Assembly (NCBI GenBank): GCA_024626585.2
Contig: JANKJI020000004.1
Coordinates: forward strand, 157,886,224-157,906,779
Direction: 5' to 3'
Source of the DNA: Ginkgo biloba
Taxonomy: Eukaryota > Plantae > Ginkgophyta
Length of the DNA: 20,556 nucleotides
Positions within the stretch are counted from its first letter, which is position 1; each line of letters begins with the position of its first letter. The notes below the pieces were generated by a model. It saw only the letters and a program-made list of their open reading frames with translations, was not told the DNA's origin and did not search any database. Positions 1-10,306 of this stretch are shown here, piece after piece. Both the position numbers and the translations under genes were made by a program.

Positions 1-150
1 AATAATAATAATAATAAAATAGCCAAGAACTAAATTTCTAAAATTTGTAATGATATAAATTAAACCATACTAGCTCATAAAGTAGATAAAAAATTATCAG
101 ATTACACTTACTAGTATGAGAGCAAATAATGGCAAATACACATAAATAAA

Positions 151-429
151 TATTGAAAGAAATTACTTAATAAAATTACAAGAATTCAAATAAATCATAA
201 AAATTATTAAGAGAAAGAGTTATATTTTCATTAATGTTATTTTTCAAGTGTAGGCATGGATTACATTTAACAAATTGTAGGCTATAATGTGCCTCTTCTC
301 AGGAACTAAGACTTAGCTCTAAGCACTACCTAGAAATATCTACTACACTCTCCAAAAATTACATAAAATTCTATGAAATTTTATAGACTAAGACTCAAAA
401 CTAGAATATCTACTTCAAATTTTCTATTA
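151..429 (-). mobile_element. Possible short degenerate LTR downstream of the fossil ORF
   Basis: On the minus strand, the purine tract TTAAGGAGGA (439-430) is followed by TAATAG, and the segment ends ...TTTCAATA at 151. These would be TG...CA termini after G>A/C>T decay. No second copy is in the window to confirm. Confidence 0.25.
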
Positions 430-3400
430 TCCTCCTTAATTATAGTGTAAAAATCCCTTGCTTACAATTAACAAATTGAGAATATATATCTTCATAAAAT
501 AGGTGCATGATCTCAATTTATTAACCATATCTATCAAAATTCTCGTAGAAGGTTCTATTAAAAATGACATCTAACTATTAAGGAGATTTAAAAATAAGTT
601 TCACACTAGCTCATGACTTTTTATTCATACACTAGCACTTCCTAACTAGAGTATATCTTTTCCTTTTTGTACCTAATATGGTTGATTTCAATTCTTCTCT
701 ATATAATAATCCTTCAGATGGGGACTCTTAAGTTGGATCCTCAAGTATTATAAGGATTGGGAAAGAAATATATAGCCAGGATACCTATCCATATATGGTT
801 GCAATATACATCCTTGATAAATCCCTTAAGATATACTAAATAATAAATCTAGATACATCATTTGCTAAGTTTGACTCCTCATTATGCATAATAGAGACAT
901 CTAGGTATGATGCTTCCTTGATCCTATAGATTATAAGTATCTCCAAAAGAGAGATAACCTAAGTAGGTGATCCTATAAATTATGGATAAATTCCTAAAAT
1001 CTATATTGGATACTTAAGATAAGTTGTTTATATAGGTGGAAAGAATAAGGATACTAAAATAGGATTGAATTGCTCCAATGGTGATAGTGGTATCAATGTT
1101 GTTAATGTCGTCAATGTCGATAGAGTAGGCATGAATGATGGAATATGATTTACTATTCATGATTGAGTTATAGGTCCTATTTCTATAGGGGGAGATAATG
1201 TAAGAATAATGGATGGACCTTATCCATAATCCAATGTTTACTAGAGTGTAGCTTTGGATAACTTTAATTATGAACACACTTCTACCACTCCTCATTCAGT
1301 TCATTGTAATAGAGTTAGGACATCCAAGGATTCTATCTATGTTATTATTGTTGATATTTATAGAATTTTTGACAACTATATGGTATGATATAACTCATTA
1401 ATTAAAGATTGGTCCTTCTATATATGCTAAGAGACATTAACCTACTAGTCTTAGAGGGCCTTTTCATACTTAGACAAGATAATTGACAAGGAAAATGTCT
1501 CTACNNNNNNNNNNNNNNNNNNNNNNNNNNNNNNNNNTCTTCTAAGGCTATCCACTAAGATTGATCAATTGATGTGGTTTTTTGCATCATTAGGTACTTA
1601 AATTTTTCATTCTATGACCCAACATTAACAACTTTAATTCAGCCACCTCATCCATTTAGGATTTGACATTCATCTCTCATAAGACTATATCTATACTTGT
1701 ACCTAACTACTACTATATTATTTCTATCCTCCTACATGATTGAGATNNNNNNNNNNGTGTTTCATGTTCTTATTGTATGGAATATAGTTGGGAATTATAA
1801 TCATTGATCTTTCCCTTGATAATTTTATACTTATTTCTTGTAATAATCAAGTTGGGTAGTAATTTAAGTATATAGGAATTTTTATGATGATGTTAAGGTA
1901 AAAGTTAATGTCCTCAAGGTATGCTTGTAAGGTTTTAATTCATTATCCCCCTCATTGATAGATTAAGATATCCTAATGGTTGGAAGTTAAGTAACAACTT
2001 GGATATCTACCTTTTANNNNNNNNNNNNNNNNNNNNNNNNNNNNNNNNNNNNNNNNNNNNNNNNNNNNNNNNNNNNNNNNNNNNNNNNNNNNNNNNNNNN
2101 NNNNNNNNNNNNNNNNNNAGTTGACCCCACAATCAACTGACTAGTTAAGAAATTCATTATATATCCTTTAATAATTTCCAAGGTGGGTTGAAATTAACCC
2201 TTATACTTTTATTGATATTCTGTAGCACTGGTGGTTGGGAAGAGGAGACCTTAGCAAGTTCAATTCCATATTAAAGTGATATAACTTCAAAAATTGCTAA
2301 CCATTGATCACAAAGTACTTCAATGGATAGTATCAATTATGATCCAACATCCTACTTAGAGAGAGAAATCATCATTAATGTAAGACTAGAGGATTAAGAA
2401 AGATAGGGTTTTATGGAGGTCAACACCACATAAGTGACCTATGAGGTAACTTGAACTAATATGTGTATAGATAAAGAGGTATTTAATGGAAAATTACCTG
2501 GGTAACAAGCCCTAAGTAACTTTCCTATAATTATTCTCAATATTGCTACTTGTTTTGATACTTGACAATCATTATAGACTTATTATATACTTCCTTATTT
2601 CTCTTAGGTATCATTAATGATCCATGATCTACTTAAAAATATATCACAAATCACTTGGTAAACTTATTATTTTCCATCAGGTCTACTTCAATGGCCAAGA
2701 TTTTCACCTTCATGAATTAGATAAGTCATGGTGGATAATCTAGGATAGTGGCATTCGTATCTAGAGAATTTGTTATCTCTAATTGTGAATCCATTCATAC
2801 TACTATTTGGGGGAGATAAGTGGCTTGTTCACATTAACTGCACAAATATCCACATGGCTAGAATCGGCCTAAGGATTAAGTTATGGGATTGAGTTCTTCC
2901 TATTAGAAATATTATCTTTATGTTCTCCCTCCAAAGGCTAGAAAGTAATGAATTGGAATTTTTTTTTCCATCCTTTAAAGTAGAAATTATCTCCATATAT
3001 TTCATCATCCCATTCCACATCTATCCATTGGTTACTAACATAATTTGATAATAATAAGGTATAATTATCTAGTTCATCTTTTAGAGTACACATATAGGTA
3101 AAATAAAATTACTTGAACGAGGAGATTAATATTATCTTGTCCTCATCTATATATTACATATACCTATCCAAGGTGATAATACTATTGAAATTAACCATTA
3201 CATCCTCTTAATTAATTCCACATCCATAATATATAGGATCAATAGAATTGAGAAATATATACTACATTACTAAGTCATGGTGTAGAACTCATTTATCCTA
3301 AGGAATCTCCTAAGGCCATGTAAGTAATAAGTGATATCCATTATACCATCAGATAAATTATTAATTATCCATAATCTTGCATAATGTCTAATATTAAAGT

Positions 3401-3508
3401 TAGATAACNNNNNNNNNNNNNNNNNNNNNNNNNNNNNNNNNNNNNNNNNNNNNNNNNNNNNNNNNNNNNNNNNNNNNNNNNNNNNNNNNNNNNNNNNNNN
3501 NNNNNNNN

Positions 3509-3578
3509 GAAAATATTTTCCAATTTGGGACTATAGGGGATCTAAGAAAATATTTTCCAATTTGGGACTATAGGGGAT
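3509..3578. repeat. Perfect 33-bp direct repeat, 37-bp period
   Basis: GAAAATATTTTCCAATTTGGGACTATAGGGGAT at 3509-3541 and 3546-3578. It abuts an N gap. Confidence 0.9.
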
Positions 3579-3940
3579 AGGATTGCCTTTCTCTTTTTTA
3601 GGATTTTTATTTCTTTGTAGACCTCATAAACCCACAATGAGATGGTTCTCTTTCTCAAATTCTTGAATCCTACTAATGAGGTTATGTTTAACATGACCTG
3701 AGGATGGATCAATGTTCCTCTAAAAGAGAATATCTTTCATGCTTACTATTAATGTTGAATCACTATCAATAAATATTTCACAGAACATGAGAGTAAACCA
3801 TTATTCCAATTTTTCCTTAAACTTTGATTGGCTCTATTCAAGCAATAAGTTCAAGTGATTTATTTTTTGTAATGATTTCAATTTTAATACATTTGAATGT
3901 GCTTGATAAAATGCCAAAACATCAACATCTATTTCAATAT

Positions 3941-4059
3941 TTCTTGTCAAAGGTATCAATAGGTCCCCCAACATGGATTTTTCATATAAATGACACTATG
4001 AGGCCTGTATGATAATTGATTCTTTGTCAAGGGACTTAATGGGTTCTCCAATATGGATT
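3941..4059. repeat. Old imperfect ~39-bp repeat, 80-bp period
   Basis: TTCTTGTCAAAGGTATCAATAGGTCCCCCAACATGGATT (3941-3979) versus TCTTTGTCAAGGGACTTAATGGGTTCTCCAATATGGATT (4021-4059). Confidence 0.65.
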
Positions 4060-4872
4060 GTATAATAGAATTTCCACTTTGAGACCTAGTCAATTATGAA
4101 TTCCTAAAGGCATTAATTTATCCTCTAACATGAATTTGGTAGAAGAGTTACCACTTTAGGGGCCAAATGGTGAGCGATCACTTCAATATAAATTATATAA
4201 ATCATCTGGTCTTAAATTAAAGAGTTGGTCTTTGAATATTTTTTACATCACATTTTAGTTATAGTTTGATGTGAATCATTTTTTTCTTCTTTATAAGTAA
4301 GTGTTTTTTTAGATATATTTTTCACTTGGGGAACTAAACCTTGCTAGGAGGAATTGTCCAAGGGAACTGGGTTTAATTGATAAAGCAACTCTTATTATTT
4401 ATAACTTATTATTTCCTTATTTCCTTTACTAACTACTCCCTCACATCTCCCACTTCTTATCCCTAGAGTCTGCCTCTTCCAAATATGATCACCTTTCCTC
4501 TACCATTTGGGAAGCGGTCCATAGTTCTTATCCTCACACTACCAACCTTCTATCCTGTCCCCCGAATCATGGGTACAACCTTATGAACCAATGGTATGAT
4601 AATGATTGCATCATCATAGGTAGCTTTGTTACTCCCTCCTCCATAATCCTACCTCATACCCCTCTCTTCATAAATCATACCACTACCTCCTCCATCGTAA
4701 GAAGCGCCTCTTTATTTCTCAAAGGAGATGTGAATTATGTGCAGCTCTTCATCATTCTCCAAAGACCTTTTANNNNNNNNNNNNNNNNNNNNNNNNNNNN
4801 NNNNNNNNNNNNNNNNNNNNNNNNNNNNNNNNNNNNNNNNNNNNNNNNNNNNNNNNNNNNNNNNNNNNNNNN

Positions 4873-5253
4873 GCTCAGAAAGGCCGGTCATGTCGTCTCT
4901 GCAACTGACTTGGCCGGCGCAGGTATCAATCCATTGGATATCGACGAGATTCGAACTTTGAATGAATACCATCGAGTCAACAACCCCTCATGGAATTCCT
5001 GAGCAGCCTTCCTTGACACGGAAAAGTATATTGCGTAGCTTGTTTATATTTGTGTGATTGATGAAGTTCTAGTGTTTGCTAATGAAAAAATAATAATAAT
5101 TTATAGGGGCAGGGCATATTGGTTAGTAATAGCATGGGAGGCGTCAATATGAGTTGTGCCATGGAAGAATTTCCACATGAAATTGGATTTGTAGTGTTCG
5201 TTGCTAACTTCATGCCCCTTAGTGGAACATATTTGTCTCAACTTATGGATAAG
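4873..5253 (+). pseudogene. MES: Methylesterase (MES / SABP2 / hydroxynitrile lyase family alpha/beta-hydrolase) pseudogene: 3' part of exon 1, intron, exon 2
   Basis: Exon 1 reads LRKAGHVVSATDLAGAGINPLDIDEIRTLNEYH, then a frameshift, then QPLMEFLSSLP*HGK (TGA at 5014). A GT..AG intron spans ~5026-5112. Exon 2 (5113-5253) reads GILVSNSMGGVNMSCAMEEFPHEIGFVVFVANFMPLSGTYLSQLMDK and is followed by a GT donor at 5254. This matches the MES pattern GH.V.A.DL...G..., VILVGHS.GG...AME.FP.KI..AVF..AFMP. A possible next acceptor is TTCTTGCAG at 5370-5378. Confidence 0.9.
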
Positions 5254-5540
5254 GTATAGCGCTGTTGAGCCCTACATTGCACCACTTGATGGCGTAGACA
5301 TCAATATTTGGTGTGATTTAATTAATTTGAATTTAAATGATCAACAAATCATTTAAACTTTGCCTACTATTCTTGCAGATTTGCTAGTTTTGGAAAAATA
5401 TCAAGTCAGTGGAGGATAAGGGTTTTATATGATTCTTGGATGGTGTTTAGTATGCTCATTCTGGCATCTTGTGGTATGACTCGTAAGTGTATATTTGACG
5501 GAGGGTTTTGTCATCACAAGAGGATTAGGTATGAATGCTC

Positions 5541-5656
5541 AACATTGACATTGAAATTCAAATTTTCAATGTCATTATTCGAACGCTTTTATGAAACATT
5601 TTTATTCTAATGGTTTTATGAACGCTTTTATTCGAACATTGGCATTGAAATTTTCT
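5541..5656. repeat. Cluster of short inverted and direct repeats
   Basis: An 11-bp inverted repeat, TGACATTGAAA (5546-5556) / TTTCAATGTCA (5564-5574). GAACGCTTTTAT, TTATTCGAAC and AACATTG(A/G)CATTGAAATT each occur twice. Confidence 0.75.
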
Positions 5657-5866
5657 NNNNNNNNNNNNNNNNNNNNNNNNNNNNNNNNNNNNNNNNNNNN
5701 NNNNNNNNNNNNNNNNNNNNNNNNNNNNNNNNNNNNNNNNNNNNNNNNNNNNNNNNNNNNNNNNNNNNNNNNNNNNNNNNNATCAAATCAAGTGCAATGG
5801 CTACATCGAAAATGTTATTAGATATTATCTTGACGGGTGAAATAAGATGTTAAATTCCAAGCCTAA

Positions 5867-6012
5867 TTGTAGTTGATACATAGTGATGTGTTTAGGCCAG
5901 TTCTTATTCCCTCATTAAGAAATTCCTTGTATTATGTTTTCTTTATTGATGATTTCTCTAGAAGGACATGGGTATATTTCTTACGATAAAAATATGAGGT
6001 GTTCAGTAAATT
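5867..6012 (+). mobile_element. Ty1/copia integrase core fragment (degenerate)
   Basis: L*LIHSDVFRPVLIPSLRNSLYYVFFIDDFSRRTWVYFLR*KYEVFSK matches the copia rve motif LELIHSDV.GP....S.GG..Y...FIDDFSR.TWVYFL..KSEVF. Confidence 0.9.
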
Positions 6013-6367
6013 NNNNNNNNNNNNNNNNNNNNNNNNNNNNNNNNNNNNNNNNNNNNNNNNNNNNNNNNNNNNNNNNNNNNNNNNNNNNNNNNNNNNNNNN
6101 NNNNNNNNNNNNTGGATTTGGTAGACTAGATACCTTTAGGTTATAACCTACATATCATAGGCATTGAATAAAAGGTGATTATCATAATCCTTTTACTTTA
6201 TGTTTATAAGAGCCTTATTGATTCCTCTAAATAATTTTCCATCTATTTTGACTTTAAATTTACTTTTTCCTAAGGTAAAACGCCTATGGGAGGTTCCATT
6301 TTATTTTTATTTTTTAGTTCTTCATTTCTAGTTTTGTTATGGAATTACATCCTCAATTTAAAACTTC

Positions 6368-6426
6368 ACATGGGGGAAGCCATCAATCTTGAAGGTAATA
6401 AGTAACATGGGGGAAGCCATCAATCT
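6368..6426. repeat. Perfect 22-bp direct repeat, 37-bp period
   Basis: ACATGGGGGAAGCCATCAATCT at 6368-6389 and 6405-6426, with a 15-bp spacer. Confidence 0.9.
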
Positions 6427-6982
6427 AGATATAATGGATTAGAGAGGAATAAGAACCCTCATGTTACTTATGTCACTTCTATCAATATATGTTTTTACTA
6501 GTAAAATATATAAGGTTACTATACATATGTAATCATATATTATTCTAACCCATAATCACTAACAATTGAGAGTAATGGGATTAAGGTCCTTGTAACTTGA
6601 AACTTATTTCTTACCCATTACATTAGAATAAGCCATATTTGGACTAGTCCCATACTCTTGGGACTAAAAAAAATAAGAATCCCTTTAATTATAATTTATT
6701 ATATCATGCTCCTCTTGGATATCCCTCAAATCCTACATAAGGTCTTTTTTACATGACCTAAGGATCAAAGGATTTTTAAAACTATTCTACTAATCCTTTT
6801 TTGTCTTCCAATCCAAAGCCTTATCACTTATTTAATCCTTTTATTTTAGTAGGAGTGACCTACAGATATCCTTATCACATTCCATCTATCTAACCCATAG
6901 GGATTCTTATAGGACACACATATACATCTGAAGCAAAGAATATATTTTAAAACTTATGAATCCTTTGCATATATTAATGCAT

Positions 6983-8340
6983 AATGTTCCCTATTAAATA
7001 GAAATTCCTATATATTTACTTTTTGGATATCCAAATACCATACCTTCTAGTTTTTTCCATCCATTTACCACACATTTAGTAGACATTCCTTAACTATGGG
7101 TTATTTATGGTTATCATTATCCTCCTTTCTATAATATAACTCAATAATCCCTATTTATTCACACTAATCTAGCCTCATTTATCTATGGTCAAATAAATCA
7201 TAAATAAGTTATCACTTCATCGGTTACCTAGTATTTGAATCTTAACGTGTCTTCATACATTACTAAACCCCTTGATAAAAGGATACTTATTTAAATAATA
7301 GTCAAATTTCATAAGTCTTACATTGACTACATGAAAATCATATTAATCAAGGTTATCCACATGACCTTACTTATAAATTTTCTCCTCAAACTACCAAATT
7401 TTAATGGATCCCCTCAAACAAATCTCGTAGCTCATATTTATGTGTATGTGTTTATGGAAAGTACCACTCCCATAGTATAATACCTATCAAGAACATATTC
7501 AAAGTAATAAAAACATAGGTGTTATTTATACACAAAGAGTCCTTAATGNNNNNNNNNNNNNNNNNNNNNNNNNNNNNNNNNNNNNNNNNNNNNNNNNNNN
7601 NNNNNNNNNNNNNNNNNNNNNNNNNNNNNNNNNNNNNNNNNNNNNNNNCTCTTATATGAATATTTTAACAAAATACAATAAGATATAACTCAATCTACAA
7701 TTTATGAATACCAACTTTTTATATTCTTATCATGACTATTAAAGTTTATGCTATTAAATTTTAGGGTTAAATGCCATAGATATATGCAACACATATTAAA
7801 TTTCTCTAATTATAGGTTTCATGTGCCATAAAACATTATATATGGTTTTAATGAGAAACATTATGGGACATTTTCAAAAATCATTTAATGTAGGTCCCAC
7901 ATTCAGACTTTGTAGCATGATGTCATAGTAAAAAAAGTAAAAGATAAAGAATATCCCAACACATATCCAAATTTTCAAACTTAGTCAAAGTAGGCCAATA
8001 TGTGTTATGCGCAACATTGCATCACACAAAAAAAATGAATTACACTATAATAATTTTTTATCATATTATAGAGATAGGATGAAGCATACACTCATATCCC
8101 AACACCCAAGACATAGCATCCACATAAATTCAATATACTTGGAGGTGAGGAAATACTTGAGCATTCAGTTAATGTTGAATAGAATCATAAGTCATAAAAG
8201 AATATTATAGGAACCAAAATTACTGATGTATTCAATCAAGAATACATGGCCTCATAGTAGCATGAAGACATTATTTACTTAAGGTATCATCTTCCATGAC
8301 TTATAATGTTGTGGTCAACAAGTAGAAAGTTGCCCAATTT
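6983..8340 (+). mobile_element. Degenerate Ty3/gypsy (Tat/Ogre/Athila-like) gag remnant 1
   Basis: A Pro/Tyr-rich frame leads into KPLDKRILI...FLLKLPNFNGSPQTNLVAHI (~7265-7440), which resembles the gag 'KLPKF.G.....P..H' motif. Weak zinc-knuckle-like remnants lie near 7996-8050 (VLCATLHHT) and 8295-8335 (CCGQQVESCP). Confidence 0.4.
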
Positions 8341-8565
8341 TTCTATTATTAATACCTATAAAAATCCTAATGAAAAAATAGAGCCATATAATAATGGTCC
8401 ATAGAAAAATTATGAAATTAAGTATAGACCCTGGGGAATGGATTTAATTCCCCAGAATGGTCAAAGTAAAAAGTATGTTAATGGAAATTATGAATATCAT
8501 AGGTCCTAAAATGGGTGATAACAATATGATTTAACATATGATGAATACATGTCATATGATGACAT

Positions 8566-8930
8566 GATTTTGAAGATGACTTCATGTTCATTAAATTTTA
8601 ATTCCTTTAAGTGGTTCCATTATTTATCAAATAATTTTATTTCCACCTTTTAGTAGCTTGTCAACCACTTCATTTAATATTTAAATGAGGCTAAGCCTTA
8701 TGACATTAGTCTTAGGAAACTTTTTTCCCTCAAACAAGAATATGATTAATTAAATTTTGACTTTATTTATAGATTTTGATCACTTGTTCATTTGTGCAAT
8801 ACACCTTTTTATCTTCATTAGCTTTATGGTATTTCCACGAATGGACTTAGATATCAAGTCAATATTAAGGTCCTTAAGGCTACCCTTATCTCATTTGAAG
8901 ATGTTATTCACAAGTATTTGACCATATAAT
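8566..8930 (+). mobile_element. gag: Degenerate Ty3/gypsy Retrotrans_gag domain (gag remnant 2)
   Basis: From 8612: WFHYLSNNFISTF**LVNHFI*YLNEAKPYDISLRKLFSLKQEYD*LNFDFIYRF*SLVHLCNTPFYLH*LYGISTNGL. This matches the WF..L....I.SF.QL...F...; L..LKQ...E...DFI.RF; F.NGL pattern. Confidence 0.75.
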
Positions 8931-9620
8931 ATTATGAAGTTTAGGATGGGATCAAGAATATTAAATAATCTAGTATCTCCTATTCCACTTCAAAGAATAA
9001 GCACACTACTAGTGATGGCATCTTATATTTAAAACCTCAACCTGTTAAGANNNNNNNNNNNNNNNNNNNNNNNNNNNNNNNNNNNNNNNNNNNNNNNNNN
9101 NNNNNNNNNNNNNNNNNNNNNNNNNNNNNNNNNNNNNNNNNNNNNNNNNNTGGATCCTCATTATCTATTCATTATATATTTCATATATTCTATAACTTAT
9201 TAATGCAGTACATTTGTGCATCAATATTATAGTGTACTACATTTATTTATATTTATATCTTCTTATGTGAAATTGCTCCATTTATCACTCCTATTGAATG
9301 GGAACATCTTATCCACACATTCTCTCATTCATTTACCTTTTGATCCCTTAGATGTACCTTTTAATCCTATGAATAGTGTATTATGTGGCCTCATACATAA
9401 TGATTTATCTCACCACATGGGTCTTATATACCACATTAGGATGTTGATTAAGATATCCATGGTGGTTCATTAGTACATTTATGATTCACATCATTAGACA
9501 TACTTTTATGGTCTCATCTTATGATATCATTAGACACTAAAGAAGTAAGAAATCACTAATTACATCATATATGAGATTAAGACCTTGGGAATATTATGTT
9601 GGATTATGATATATACCTTA

Positions 9621-10206
9621 TGATGTAGGATCATCATTGAATTTTGAGTTTTTATCATAGTATGGACAATTGATGTTGACAGAAAAGATACAAAGGACCA
9701 ACGTCAAGGGATGCTGACAATAGTTAGTGAATAGATAAAGGTTTTAAAAAGATGATATAAGGATTTGTATAAGTGAGACCAATGAAAATAATCAACATCG
9801 ATAGACTAATTTATGATAGAGGTGACAAAGGTGGCCAAGAGACAAAAGGGTCGATAGTGATGATAGTAAGCAACAATGACAATGATAGGACAATAACAAT
9901 CAACCGTAGTAAAAGGAGAATTAATAATGAAAGCGTTAATGATGATAGACAAAAGTAGATCATCATAGAGAAAATCTTCAAGAATTAAGTATTTAAAGCA
10001 ATAGGTGACCACACCCCCTCGTAGTAAATAATTCAATAATGGGATAACTCGAGGCTCAAGAATGGTAGGTGAATTAAAATGCCAGATAATTAATGAAGAT
10101 CTTAACTACTTACCATAAAAAAGTAGAAGTGGGAGACTTCATGAGGGAGGTGAAGATAGTTAAGGGGATAACAATAGGAGGAGAGAGGGATAAAGAGTAC
10201 ACATAG
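9621..10206 (+). mobile_element. LTR (5' portion) of a CRM-like Ty3/gypsy chromovirus
   Basis: It begins TGATGTAGG and is colinear with 13288-13865 (about 26 mismatches in the first 120 nt by eye). It is truncated by an N gap. Confidence 0.9.
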
Positions 10207-10306
10207 NNNNNNNNNNNNNNNNNNNNNNNNNNNNNNNNNNNNNNNNNNNNNNNNNNNNNNNNNNNNNNNNNNNNNNNNNNNNNNNNNNNNNNNNNNNNNN
10301 NNNNNN

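Larger units (their letters stand above)
625..4771 (-). pseudogene. Long degenerate ORF of unknown function, probably a retroelement accessory ORF
   Basis: Manual minus-strand translation gives long protein-like stretches across several contigs, e.g. SILENPLSPLTKN..SMLGDLLIPLTRNIEIDVDVLAFYQAHSNVLKLKSLQKINHLNLLLE*SQSKFKEKLE*W, NQWIDVEWDDEIYGDNFYFKGWKKKFQF, VAILRIIIGKLLRACYPGNFPLN, LSKYEKAL*D**VNVS*HI*KDQSLINELY and YHHWSNSILF. The stops are compatible with CAA/CAG/CGA C>T decay, and there are several frameshifts. Confidence 0.5.

Noticed and set aside
1-18. (AAT)n microsatellite
   Set aside because: It is short, sits at the window edge and is unremarkable in AT-rich DNA.
3540-4100. Caulimovirid 30K movement protein (IHIG/IHVG motifs in alternative frames)
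   Set aside because: The downstream conserved MP motifs are absent, no adjacent viral CP/AP/RT is seen, and another frame is more continuous.
4583-5002. 139-aa ORF as one protein
   Set aside because: It is a chimera across a gap. Only the part after 4873 is MES-like, and the first part is antisense to the fossil ORF.
6368-6426. Repeat-spacer-repeat as a mini CRISPR array
   Set aside because: There are only two units with a 15-bp spacer, no cas genes, and the context is plant retrotransposon DNA.
9773-10036. Small ORFs within the LTRs (also 13261-14031)
   Set aside because: They are by-products of strand-biased LTR composition and are not conserved as ORFs between the two LTRs.
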